Below are positions 50,454 to 60,460 of a DNA stretch of 64,000 nucleotides, piece by piece (positions within the stretch are counted from its first letter, which is position 1; each line of letters starts with the position of its first letter). The stretch comes from a bacterium. Its GTDB lineage: Bacteria > Patescibacteriota > JABMPQ01 > JBDRIV01. The notes under the pieces were generated by a model that saw only the letters and a program-made list of their open reading frames with translations, did no database searches and had not been told where the DNA came from. A program made the translations under genes and the position numbers. The stretch lies in NCBI GenBank assembly GCA_043815505.1, contig JBDRIV010000002.1, positions 182,943 to 246,942 of the forward strand. The letters are read 5' to 3'.

Positions 50454-51269
50454 ATGTTAACTTATTTACTTCCAGCTATACCATATTTTTCTTTCATCCA
50501 GTTCGAACTGGGCCCTTTTCGTGTTTATACTTGGGGCTTAATGGTTGGTTTGGGATTTTTAGTAGGTATTATAACTATTGTTGTTTTAGCCAATAAAGAC
50601 AAAATTGATATTGATCATGTTTTAAACTTAGCGATCTATATTTTTATTGGTTCATTTATAGGTGCCCGACTTTTTTATATTCTGCTTTTTACTGAAGAGT
50701 TTTCTGCTGATTGGATGGAAGTGTTTAGAATTTGGAATGGTGGCATGGTTTTCTATGGTGGATTAATTGGCGCTTTGCTAGCTAGCTACATTTATATAAA
50801 AGTGAAGAAACTTAAATTTTGGGAAATGGCCGATGTTTTTACTCCCGGACTTGCCATTGGAATTGCCATTGGACGCTTAGGCTGTTTCTTTATTCATGAT
50901 CACATTGGAAAAGAAACCAGTATGCCGTGGGGGTTATCATATTTTGAAGACACTGTTCGTCACGAACCATCTATGTACGGGGTTTTAAGTGCGCTAGCTA
51001 TGTTTGTAGTATTTCTGATTATTAGAAAGAAAATGAAATTTCACGGACAACTTTTTGTAATTTTCACTCTCTGGTATTCTTTTGCGCGTTTGATCTTTGA
51101 TGGTTTTCGTTCTACCGATTTACCATTTTCTGATCCGCGTTTCATTGGTCTAACAATCTCCCAACACATTTCAATTATTCTGATAATTATTTTTGCTTAT
51201 CTATGGTGGGAACGTGATAGATTTCTTACTCCTAAAACTTTAAGTAGTGCAACTAAAAAGGATGATTAA
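50454..51269 (+). CDS. lgt: Prolipoprotein diacylglyceryl transferase
   Basis: Polytopic membrane protein with RLFYIL, NGGMVFYGGLIGA, GRLGCFF, H..G and PWG motifs. Confidence 0.8.
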   Translation: MLTYLLPAIPYFSFIQFELGPFRVYTWGLMVGLGFLVGIITIVVLANKDKIDIDHVLNLAIYIFIGSFIGARLFYILLFTEEFSADWMEVFRIWNGGMVFYGGLIGALLASYIYIKVKKLKFWEMADVFTPGLAIGIAIGRLGCFFIHDHIGKETSMPWGLSYFEDTVRHEPSMYGVLSALAMFVVFLIIRKKMKFHGQLFVIFTLWYSFARLIFDGFRSTDLPFSDPRFIGLTISQHISIILIIIFAYLWWERDRFLTPKTLSSATKKDD

Positions 51270-51901
51270 TGAATAAATTCTTACCAATTTTTATAATCAT
51301 TATAATAACCGCTTGTGTGATAGGGGTTATTGTTTTCTTATCTAATAATAAAGACAACGAAACATCAGACAATACTGTTTTCAATCAAGATTATAGTCAG
51401 GATTGGAAAAAGGGAGCAAAAGATCCTAAAGTTGTTTTAGTTGAGTACGCTGATTTTGAATGCCCGGCTTGTGCTAGTGTAAAAGGTGTTCCTGACGCAC
51501 TGCTTAGAAAATATCCTGACGAATTACAATTTGTTTACCGGCATTATCCTTTGCAAAATTCTCACCTCCATGCTTTTAAGGCAGCCGAGGCTGCTGAAGC
51601 GGCTGGTGCGCAAGGAAAGTTTTGGGAAATGCATGATATTTTATTTGATAATCAAACTGATTTAACCGAAGATTCTTTGAGAGTTTATGCTTCCCGAATT
51701 GATTTAGATATGTCCATTTTTATCCGCGATTTGAATAATGAAACTTATGCTCCTAATGTCCAAAGTGATTATGATTCTGGACGTGCAGTTGAAGTTCGCA
51801 GAACACCAACATTTTTTGTAAATGGTGAAGAATATACTGGCAATATTACCTTACAAGGCTTAAGTTCGGCCATTGAAGATGTTATTTCGACAGCTAATTA
51901 A
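51269..51901 (+). CDS. Membrane-anchored DsbA-like thiol:disulfide oxidoreductase
   Basis: TM helix, CPAC active site, and the C-terminal RTPTFFVNGEEYTG motif. Confidence 0.8.
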   Translation: MNKFLPIFIIIIITACVIGVIVFLSNNKDNETSDNTVFNQDYSQDWKKGAKDPKVVLVEYADFECPACASVKGVPDALLRKYPDELQFVYRHYPLQNSHLHAFKAAEAAEAAGAQGKFWEMHDILFDNQTDLTEDSLRVYASRIDLDMSIFIRDLNNETYAPNVQSDYDSGRAVEVRRTPTFFVNGEEYTGNITLQGLSSAIEDVISTAN

Positions 51902-51918
51902 TATGTTATAATATCAAT

Positions 51919-52653
51919 ATGAATAAAAAAGTAATTATAATAATTATAATTATTGCTACACTGATTCTAATTGGAATCGGATCGTTTGTTTTTATAAGGT
52001 TAGGAAAGAACGAGGTTGTGCCAGCAGAAATCGTTACCGAAGAGGTTTTTACAATTGATGATGACGAGGAAGATTCAGTCGATTTGGAATCAAGTGATAC
52101 AGAAGGAAGTGATTTTGATGATGTTGATAATGATGGTTTAACAGCTGATGAGGAAGAGGAATTAGGAACTGATCCTAAAAAAGTTGACACCGATGGTGAT
52201 GGTTATAATGATGGTCTGGAAGTAAGCAAGGGTTTTGATCCTTTGACCAAATCAACTGCCACTGGAATTGTAACTGAAGTACCAGACGAGGACGCTAATT
52301 TAAAAACTACTGCTACCAAAGTATTTGCCGATACTGCCAACAGCGGAGCTACCGGAACAGTTTCAATTCAAAAAGATGGTGACATTGAATATCTTTATAT
52401 CAAAATTTCAAATTTGTTTAGTGACGGTGAAAATAATTGGTTTATTCCAGTTATAACCAGTGGTGAAAACAATAGTTTATTAAGACCATTTACGGTTGAC
52501 AATACTGGCGTAGTCGATCATACTGTAAAACTAAGCGGAATTAGCCCCGAGGTTTCAACGGACATAGATAAATTAGAAATTATAAATAGTACCGAATTTT
52601 CTCAAAGTAATCCTGGAGGATTAACGGTATCTTTAACAGCTAACTTTAAATAA
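51919..52653 (+). CDS. Membrane-anchored acidic protein with thrombospondin-type-3-like Asp-rich repeats
   Basis: TM helix, then DDDEEDSVDLESSDTEGSDFDDVDNDGLTADEEEELGTDPKKVDTDGDGYNDGLE. Confidence 0.5.
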   Translation: MNKKVIIIIIIIATLILIGIGSFVFIRLGKNEVVPAEIVTEEVFTIDDDEEDSVDLESSDTEGSDFDDVDNDGLTADEEEELGTDPKKVDTDGDGYNDGLEVSKGFDPLTKSTATGIVTEVPDEDANLKTTATKVFADTANSGATGTVSIQKDGDIEYLYIKISNLFSDGENNWFIPVITSGENNSLLRPFTVDNTGVVDHTVKLSGISPEVSTDIDKLEIINSTEFSQSNPGGLTVSLTANFK

Positions 52654-53550
52654 ATGAAGAAAAATAATTTATATGCGCTCGTTTCGATAATTCTCGTTTT
52701 GGGTTTTATTGCCGGGTACCTAACACAAATTTACAATTTATGGTTTATGGTTACAGCCATTTTTGTAATTGGTGTGCTAGCAATTTTTATTGTGGGCATG
52801 AAAAAAACTAAATCTGAAGTAAGAGTTGAAAGTAGCTCGACGCCGTGGGTAATTACAACCTTGTTGTTTGCGGTCCTTACCATTGGTTCGTTGATGGTTG
52901 ATATTGATTTGTCAAAAACAGACACTTTAGCAGGTTCGGCCGATAAAGCAGCTGATGATGTTGTTGCTGCTACTGCTGATGATGATGACACAGTTAAACC
53001 AGAAGCCGTTAAAGCTGATGTATCTGTGGATGATGATTATGTTTTGGGAGATGCTGATGCGCCAGTTACGATGATAGAATTTTCTGATTATCAGTGTCCT
53101 TATTGTGAACGTCATTTTTCTCAAACTACTCCAGAAATAAAAAAGAATTATGTTGATACTGGCAAAGTAAAACTGATCTTTCGTGATTTTCCGCTTTCTT
53201 TTCATCCTAACGCCTTTCCGGCTGCAACTGCTGCCAATTGTGCTGGTGAACAAGGAGAGTACTGGAATATGCACGACGCTTTATTTGAAAGTCAAGCTGA
53301 TTGGACAGAATTAGCCGATCCAAATACAGAATACAAAAAACTTGCTTCTAACCTTGGTTTAAATACCTCGGAATTTGCTACTTGCTTGGAATCAGGTGAT
53401 CAAGAAGCAGAAATAGAAAAAGATTTTAAAGATGGTCAAGTGGCTGGCGTAAAAGGCACACCAGCTTTCTTCATAAATGGCGAATTTATTTCTGGCGCTC
53501 AACCTTACGCCAATTTCTCTGCTGTTATCGACAAATATCTTGCCAACTAA
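52654..53550 (+). CDS. Second membrane-anchored DsbA-like thioredoxin-fold protein
   Basis: Two TM helices, a YQCPYCERHF CxxC motif, and GTPAFFINGEFISG. Confidence 0.75.
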   Translation: MKKNNLYALVSIILVLGFIAGYLTQIYNLWFMVTAIFVIGVLAIFIVGMKKTKSEVRVESSSTPWVITTLLFAVLTIGSLMVDIDLSKTDTLAGSADKAADDVVAATADDDDTVKPEAVKADVSVDDDYVLGDADAPVTMIEFSDYQCPYCERHFSQTTPEIKKNYVDTGKVKLIFRDFPLSFHPNAFPAATAANCAGEQGEYWNMHDALFESQADWTELADPNTEYKKLASNLGLNTSEFATCLESGDQEAEIEKDFKDGQVAGVKGTPAFFINGEFISGAQPYANFSAVIDKYLAN

Positions 53551-53562
53551 AAAAGTTTAAGT

Positions 53563-53625
53563 AAAACACCAATGACATACTGAAATAAAACTGAATTAGA
53601 ATTAATTGGTGTTTTAACTTAAATT
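53563..53625 (+). promoter_or_regulatory. 11-bp perfect hairpin with a ~41-nt loop, ending 3 nt before the yhhQ-like start codon
   Basis: aaaacaccaat (53563-53573) pairs with attggtgtttt (53615-53625). Confidence 0.4.
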
Positions 53626-53627
53626 AA

Positions 53628-54278
53628 ATGACAAAAAATCAACAGAAAAAATTCACTCTACTAACTAGTATTTTTATAACCGCTTTGGTAGCGGCTAATT
53701 TATTAGGGAGTAAAATTACTGTGCTGGCTGGTATTTCAGTTTCGGTGGCAATTTTTGCTTACCCACTGACATTTTTAGTGACAGACATTGTAGAAGAAGT
53801 ACTGGGCAAAAAGGTAGCCAAACAATTAATAGTGGCTGGTTTTCTATCGTTATTTATTTTATTGTTCCTAACATGGTTATCAGTGATTTTACCGGCAGCT
53901 GACAGATATGAATTTAACAATGAATACAAAACAATATTTTCCAGTTCATTGCGCATGATAATTGCTTCGCTAGTAGCATTTTTGCTTAGTCAGTTTCATG
54001 ATGTGTGGGCCTTTAATTTCTGGAAAGAAAAAACCAAAGGAAAATTGCTTTGGTTGAGAAATAATTTTTCGACCGTGATTTCTCAGTTTATAGATACTTC
54101 AGTTTTTATGTTTATCGCTTTCTACATGATAACGCCCAAATTTGATGTATCTTTTATTATTTCGCTCATAATTCCTTATTGGTTGTTTAAAATTGCTTTT
54201 GCAGTTATAGACACGCCGTTTGTTTATTTGGGTGTTAAATGGTTAAAAGAAAAAGAAGAACTAAATGAAACTAAATAA
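53628..54278 (+). CDS. YhhQ/VUT-family queuosine-precursor transporter-like membrane protein
   Basis: 216 aa and polytopic. The N-terminus KFTLLTSIFITALVAANLLGSKI...PLTFLVTDIVEEVLGKK matches the YhhQ/DUF165 pattern. Confidence 0.6.
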   Translation: MTKNQQKKFTLLTSIFITALVAANLLGSKITVLAGISVSVAIFAYPLTFLVTDIVEEVLGKKVAKQLIVAGFLSLFILLFLTWLSVILPAADRYEFNNEYKTIFSSSLRMIIASLVAFLLSQFHDVWAFNFWKEKTKGKLLWLRNNFSTVISQFIDTSVFMFIAFYMITPKFDVSFIISLIIPYWLFKIAFAVIDTPFVYLGVKWLKEKEELNETK

Positions 54279-55791
54279 AAAACATTATTTGTACTTAACC
54301 GGATTTTTTTCCGGCATGTCGGTAACCGCCATAGAAATTTCTGCTTCGCGTTTACTGGCGCCATATTTTGGTACTTCTGTTTATGTTTGGACTTCGGTGA
54401 TTGGAATAACTTTGTTAGCCTTGGCACTGGGATATTATTTTGGTGGGAGATTTATTGACAGAAAACCACAAGTTGGTGTTTATTTTATGGTTTTATTAAT
54501 GGCGGGAATTTTTGGCATGTTGATACCAGTTCTAGCTAAGCCAATATCTACTTTTGCTATTGCAGTTACGAGTAATATTTTTAATACTTCAGCTGTTATA
54601 ATCTTGGGCTCCTTTTTGGCCATGTTAATCTTGTTTGCTCTGCCTTTAATACTTTTAGGAATGGTAAGTCCTTCTCTAATAAGGCTTATTACCAAAGATA
54701 AAGAAGAATCGGGTAGAGTAGCAGGGTCGGTGTTTTTTATAACCACGCTTGGTAGTTTGGTCGGAACATTTTTGCCCGCTCTTTTGTTTATTCCTTTCTT
54801 GGGAACCAAAAAAACTATTGTAATATTCTCTGCTGTATTAATATTTTTTGGTTTAAGCTTTTTTAGTAAGTGGCAACGCTGGTCACTGGTGGGAATTCTG
54901 CTTCTCGGATTAACAGGTTCTATGTTGTCACCAAGTGTTGTTCGGGCTGATGTTTTATATGAAACAGAAAGTGCTTATCAATATATTTCAGTGCTGGAAG
55001 CGGGCGGCAATCGTTATTTAACTTTTAATGACTCCAGCGGTTACCAGTCAGTTTACAACGCCAACAATTTACTCATTGATAACACTTACTACAATTATTA
55101 TCTAACCCTTCCGTATTTAGCTCAAAAAAATCCAGGTGCAAATCTGGATGTTTTAATTATTGGACTGGCTGGTGGAACCATATCTCGTCAATACCATGAA
55201 TTGTTAGCAGACGAATTTAATTTACACATTGATGGAGTAGAGATTGATAAAAAGGTTATTGATGTGGGGAAAGAATATTTTGAATTGGACAACCCGTCTC
55301 TAGATATTATAAATGAAGATGGCCGAATGTATTTGGCGCAAACTGATAAAAAATATGACATTATAATTATTGATGCTTATTCGCAACAACTTTATATTCC
55401 TTTTCATCTTTCCACTAAAGAATTCTTTACCAATGTAGCAGATCATTTGCAAGAGGGAGGATTAATGGCTATTAATGTAAATGCTTTTAGTAACAAATCG
55501 CGTCTTCTAAATAGTTTTTATGCTACCATTGAGGCTGTTTTTAAAAACACTAATGCTTACAAAGCTACAGCCTATTCCAATCATATTATTATTGGTAGTA
55601 AAGATAATTATTTGTATGATGATGTTTCAGATCCTGACAACCAACAAATAAAAATCTACATAAATGATTTATATGATCAAAAAGTTGATATGGAACCACA
55701 AACGGAAAATATATTTACAGATGACAAGGCTCCAATTGAATTATTAACTGACAAAGAATATTTCAATTATTGGTTGGAAAATAGAAAATAA
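54265..55791 (+). CDS. Membrane-bound spermidine-synthase-like protein: polytopic N-domain plus an aminopropyltransferase/methyltransferase fold
   Basis: About seven or eight TM helices. DVLIIGLAGGTISRQY...IDGVEIDKKVIDVGKEYF...DIIIIDAY matches the spermidine-synthase fold. Confidence 0.65.
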   Translation: MKLNKKHYLYLTGFFSGMSVTAIEISASRLLAPYFGTSVYVWTSVIGITLLALALGYYFGGRFIDRKPQVGVYFMVLLMAGIFGMLIPVLAKPISTFAIAVTSNIFNTSAVIILGSFLAMLILFALPLILLGMVSPSLIRLITKDKEESGRVAGSVFFITTLGSLVGTFLPALLFIPFLGTKKTIVIFSAVLIFFGLSFFSKWQRWSLVGILLLGLTGSMLSPSVVRADVLYETESAYQYISVLEAGGNRYLTFNDSSGYQSVYNANNLLIDNTYYNYYLTLPYLAQKNPGANLDVLIIGLAGGTISRQYHELLADEFNLHIDGVEIDKKVIDVGKEYFELDNPSLDIINEDGRMYLAQTDKKYDIIIIDAYSQQLYIPFHLSTKEFFTNVADHLQEGGLMAINVNAFSNKSRLLNSFYATIEAVFKNTNAYKATAYSNHIIIGSKDNYLYDDVSDPDNQQIKIYINDLYDQKVDMEPQTENIFTDDKAPIELLTDKEYFNYWLENRK

Positions 55792-55992
55792 TGGCTTATC
55801 CCCTTGACTTTAGATAAAAATTATAGTATACTTAAAGGAGTTACATACTAATGAGGGGTATGTCTCCAAAAACAAAAAATCACAATTCGTTATCAAAAAC
55901 ACAAATAGCTTTCCAGCCGAAGGGAGCTTTTATTTGTAAATAAACGAGCATTTAAGCTCGTTTTTCTTTTATCTAAAATTAAAAACAAAAAT

Positions 55993-58900
55993 ATGATAAA
56001 AATTATCAAAAAATCATTCATCAAAACGTCACAAATTGCCCTAGTTGGTATTGTGGCTTTTAGTATGTTAATGATTCCTACTCCCAATGTAGGAAAAACT
56101 GAAGCCGCCAGTGCTTCCGCAATGACTGGCATTCAAAAAGTGAGTGTTAGTTTAGCCAGTAGCACTAAAAGTGCTAATACAAATTACATCTATACTTTAC
56201 AGGGTGTGGGACCAGTAGCTGACAATTCTGATATGCATATCAATGCTCATTTTATGGGTGATCATAATAATGGTGGTCATGTCAATTTTAACAATGCTAC
56301 CTTTTCATCTGCTACTATCAGCGGAACTGTTTTTAATCATGATAATGATTACTTGATGGTGAGAATTACTTCTGGAACAAACGATCCCAATTGGAGTTTT
56401 ACTTTATCTGGTGTAATAAATCCATCAGTTGAAGGAGCTTACAACACAGAAGTTAGAATTTATGCTCCCGGTGAACAACCAGGACAAAACGAAATGGGAA
56501 CTAGTGCCATATTTGCAGTTGGTAATCCTAGTGTTATGGGTACTGTGAGATTGGCAGATAATTCTCCACTAAATGGTGGATATTTGAACTTATTCTCAGA
56601 GAATAATCCTGAAGCTAACTACGGATCAAATATTTCCGATGGAAATTATATGATTTTTAATGTCCCAGCTGGAACATATACAATGAATGTTTGGGCAAAT
56701 CCTGGTGATATAATTGGTCAAATTGCTCCGATGGGACAAAAAGTCACAGTGGTAAATAATCAAACCGTAACTAAAAACTTAAAATTTACTGAAGCAACAA
56801 AATATGTAGTCGGAAAAGTCCAAAGAAAAAATGGAGAAGCAATCACCAATGCTACAGTTGAAGCTCATAGTAAATCAGGCTCCCATGTTGAAGCTAATAC
56901 AAATTCTAATGGACGCTTCAGTTTAGCTTGTGGTCCGGGCGAATGGGATTTGCAAGTTAGCCCTCGACGTAACAATCAGGGTCAACAAATAGCAGTTGAT
57001 TGGATATTCAGTAATAATGGTCGTAATGTTGTAAATTTTGCTAATAATTCAAGCGATGAAACTGTTACACAAAATTTTAAAGTTGACACCACCGACGCTC
57101 GTCTTAAAGGAAAAATTGTAAAACCAAATGGTCAACCCGCTAAATGGGGCTGGGTTAATGTTATGAATCCTATGAGTCATGGCGGTTCTGGAATTAGCAC
57201 CAATGAACAAGGTGAATTTAATATTTCCGTAATGTCAGGAACTTACATTCTAGAATATAGTAGTCAAGATCAGTCAATGTATTTAGATTCTGTAAAAACA
57301 ACTGTGGGAACAAACCAGACAAAAGATCTTGGTACTCTTACTTTAAAACAAAAAACATCTCGTCTTACTGGAAAAATTGTTAACAAACAAGGTCAGGGAA
57401 TAAGTGATATTGAAATGAATTTTTGGTCACCTAGAGGAGCTGGCTGGGGACGTGGTATCTCTAATGGCAGTGGTGAATTTTCGGTATTAATGGCTCCTGG
57501 AACTTATGAAGGTCAACCTTGGATGGGCGACAATGCCGATTACGTTTATATGGGTGAGCCAAAATCTGTAACAGTAGTTGCTAACCAAACTAAAAGTTTG
57601 GGAAATGTTGTTTTAACAGATGCTGATGCCACAATTAATATTACAGTTCAAAACGCAGAAAACAATCAAACTTTAAGTGATTTATTTGGCTTCGCCTTTG
57701 TTATATCTGAAAACGGAGGTTTTATTGGATCCGATATTCAAAGAGGTCAAGTTTCTCTGCGCGTCCCCCATGGTACGTATAAATACAATGTTGATACTTG
57801 GGATTCTGAATATACAATTCTAAGTGGTGATCAACTAACCGTTGCTAAAGACGCATCTAAAAATGTAACAGTTAAAGCTTATCCAAATAATTCAAATATC
57901 TCTGGACATTTAGTTGATGAAAACGGCAAAACAATTACGGGAGTACAAGCATTTGTTTTTGCTGAAACTGCTGGTACTTGGAAGGAAACCATGATTGATC
58001 CAAAAGACGGGTCTTATTCCTTAGGCGTACTTGGTGGTGATGATATGAATTATTTCATAGGTGCTCATAGTGAATCTCAAGACTATATAAACCAGGAACC
58101 ATTTGGAAAACCTCCAGTTAATGTTCCTGCCAATAAAACAGTTGCCAACGATATACTGATGCTAAAAGCAGATGCAACCATTGAAGTAGAAATCCTTGAT
58201 CCTGATGGTAATAGAATTCCTTGGGGATTTGCTTGGGCTTCTAACCGTTTCCATGTTGAGGAAAATGATTTGGATGTTCCAGTGATTGACACTGGTAGTG
58301 AAGGTAAGGGTGGAAGTGCCTTAATCGGCGTAAAAGGTAATGCTCCTGGTACTAATAATTATGTTTATGAAGTAGGTACGGGTATGGGACCAGAATTTTC
58401 AACCTACCTTCCTCCCGAGATGCAGGAAGTCACACCAGCTATTGGCGAAACTGTGAAAATAACAATGCAGATGGAAAAAGCAGATGCCTATATAATTGGA
58501 ACAATTACAACTTCTAGTGGTTCATCAATTCGTGATGCAGGTGTTTGGGCTTACACAGAAAATGGTCGCGATACTTTTGTACCAACTTTTGGTGGTAACA
58601 CCTACCGCTTGCCAGTAAAAAGTGGTGAGACTTGGTATATAGGTGCCGATGCTATGGCTAACAAAAAACATTATCGTGTTTCACCAGAAGCTGTTGCGGT
58701 TCCAAGTCCGGGAGAATATTCAAAAGATTTAGTGCTTTTAGAATCAAGTTATATTCTACCTGATCCAATTACTGTAAACTTTGATTCGGCCAGTCCCTAT
58801 TCTATTCTTTTAGATGAAGAAGGTTTGAGTCGAATTGAAATACCAGCTGGTGCAATGGCAGACGAAGGCAATGTTACCGTTACTGTTACTCCGAAAGTTG

Positions 58901-60141
58901 ATTTAATGCATGAAAAAGGCAAAGAACCTCTGGCATTTGCGCTTGATATTGAAGCTCGTGATTCTGATGGACAGGAAATAACCCAGCTAAATCAAAATAT
59001 CTCAATTACTTTTAAAGTAACTGATGCTATGTTGGCTGAAGCTGGTGCAAATTCAATTTCTGAATTATCTGCCGCTTATGTTGACGAATCAACTAATCGC
59101 TGGAGTAACATTGACCGAGTTACAATCGATCAAGAAAATTACACAGTTACTATGAGCGTGAATCACTTAACAGTATTCTCACCAATCACTTCTTCCGGTT
59201 CACAAGGTCAAAGAACACCTAAGAAAATTGTGACTGGCGTAGGAACTGGCGATGGTCCACACGTCCAAGTGTTTGGTGATAAAGACGACGGTCCAATTGC
59301 TTCCTTCTTTGCTTACGATTCCAATGCTCGTTTTGGTGTCAATGTTGCTTCTGGCGATTTAAATGGTGATGGTAACACTGAAATTATAACTGGTCCTGGA
59401 GAAGGTGGCAGTCCCGAAGTTAAAATATTCAACGATCAAGGTTCGATTCTAGGACAATTCATGGCTTATGATTCCAATTCTCGCTTTGGTGTTAGGGTTG
59501 CAGTTGGTGACACTAATGGTGACGGTACAAAAGAAATTGTAACAGTTCCTGGTGATGGCGCCCCTGGTCATGTAAAAGTTTGGAACGATTCCGGTACTCT
59601 CCTTTCAAGTTTCTTTGCTTTTGACACAACCGACACTAATTCTGCGCACATTGCTTTAGGAGATACTTCTGGTAATGGCAAAGAAGAAATAATTGTTGGC
59701 TCCGGTGGAAAAGGTGAAGAGCCAGCTCATGTTCGTATCTATAATGATAGTGCAGCCTTAGTTTCCGAATGGAGTGCTTATGAAGATGATGGTTGGAATA
59801 CTGGAGTAACAGTTGCTGCTGGCGATTTAAATGGCGATGGTACAACTGAAGTTGTAACCGGAACCCAAACTGGTAAAGGGCCTCATGTTAAAGTATGGAA
59901 TCCGATTAATGCTCAGCTACTTTCATCCTTTATGGCTTATGAATCTACCGCTCGCTTCGGTGTTAATGTTGCTGTTGGTGATTTAAATGCTGATGGTAAC
60001 ACAGAAATTATAACCGCTCCAGGTCAGGGCGGTGGTCCTCATATTAAGACCTGGGATTATAACGCTAAATTGCTAATGAGTTTCTTTCCTTATAATTTCA
60101 ATTTGCGTAGTGGAGTGAACCTTGCTACTGGAGACCTTTAG
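55993..60141 (+). CDS. Very large secreted surface protein (1382 aa): many carboxypeptidase-regulatory-like beta-sandwich repeats plus a C-terminal FG-GAP module
   Basis: Signal peptide present. Repeated segments of the form ...NGGYLNLFS.../GKIVKPNGQP.../GKIVNKQGQG.... The C-terminal NGDGNTEIITGPGEGGSPEVKIFN and NGDGTKEIVTVPGDGAPGHVKVWN repeats are paralogous to the C-terminus of the 45662 protein. Confidence 0.8.
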   Translation: MIKIIKKSFIKTSQIALVGIVAFSMLMIPTPNVGKTEAASASAMTGIQKVSVSLASSTKSANTNYIYTLQGVGPVADNSDMHINAHFMGDHNNGGHVNFNNATFSSATISGTVFNHDNDYLMVRITSGTNDPNWSFTLSGVINPSVEGAYNTEVRIYAPGEQPGQNEMGTSAIFAVGNPSVMGTVRLADNSPLNGGYLNLFSENNPEANYGSNISDGNYMIFNVPAGTYTMNVWANPGDIIGQIAPMGQKVTVVNNQTVTKNLKFTEATKYVVGKVQRKNGEAITNATVEAHSKSGSHVEANTNSNGRFSLACGPGEWDLQVSPRRNNQGQQIAVDWIFSNNGRNVVNFANNSSDETVTQNFKVDTTDARLKGKIVKPNGQPAKWGWVNVMNPMSHGGSGISTNEQGEFNISVMSGTYILEYSSQDQSMYLDSVKTTVGTNQTKDLGTLTLKQKTSRLTGKIVNKQGQGISDIEMNFWSPRGAGWGRGISNGSGEFSVLMAPGTYEGQPWMGDNADYVYMGEPKSVTVVANQTKSLGNVVLTDADATINITVQNAENNQTLSDLFGFAFVISENGGFIGSDIQRGQVSLRVPHGTYKYNVDTWDSEYTILSGDQLTVAKDASKNVTVKAYPNNSNISGHLVDENGKTITGVQAFVFAETAGTWKETMIDPKDGSYSLGVLGGDDMNYFIGAHSESQDYINQEPFGKPPVNVPANKTVANDILMLKADATIEVEILDPDGNRIPWGFAWASNRFHVEENDLDVPVIDTGSEGKGGSALIGVKGNAPGTNNYVYEVGTGMGPEFSTYLPPEMQEVTPAIGETVKITMQMEKADAYIIGTITTSSGSSIRDAGVWAYTENGRDTFVPTFGGNTYRLPVKSGETWYIGADAMANKKHYRVSPEAVAVPSPGEYSKDLVLLESSYILPDPITVNFDSASPYSILLDEEGLSRIEIPAGAMADEGNVTVTVTPKVDLMHEKGKEPLAFALDIEARDSDGQEITQLNQNISITFKVTDAMLAEAGANSISELSAAYVDESTNRWSNIDRVTIDQENYTVTMSVNHLTVFSPITSSGSQGQRTPKKIVTGVGTGDGPHVQVFGDKDDGPIASFFAYDSNARFGVNVASGDLNGDGNTEIITGPGEGGSPEVKIFNDQGSILGQFMAYDSNSRFGVRVAVGDTNGDGTKEIVTVPGDGAPGHVKVWNDSGTLLSSFFAFDTTDTNSAHIALGDTSGNGKEEIIVGSGGKGEEPAHVRIYNDSAALVSEWSAYEDDGWNTGVTVAAGDLNGDGTTEVVTGTQTGKGPHVKVWNPINAQLLSSFMAYESTARFGVNVAVGDLNADGNTEIITAPGQGGGPHIKTWDYNAKLLMSFFPYNFNLRSGVNLATGDL

Positions 60142-60167
60142 AATTTAAAGAAGTAAAAAAATTTGAT

Positions 60168-60204
60168 CCCAGCCCTTTCCTAATTAAAGGGCTGGGTTTC
60201 TTTT
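60168..60204 (+). terminator. Rho-independent terminator
   Basis: cccagcccttt-cctaatt-aaagggctggg followed by tttctttt. Confidence 0.75.
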
Positions 60205-60460
60205 AAACTACTGGGTGTGGATAGTTGCCCTTGAAAAAGGTTAAAATATTTGCTATAATAAAGGTAGAAAGTGAGTAAAAAGTAACTTGCTTTCAAATGG
60301 GGTTGAAAACTGGCAAAAAAACAAAAAGACAATTGAAGAATGTACAATGCCTCTTTCTAATGAAGGAGGTATTGTACTTTTAGGGCAAAATTAAAGAGCA
60401 AAGAGTGAAATTTCGAGTTTTTATTCTTTGCTCTTTAAATTTTGAATTTTAATCTAGCTA

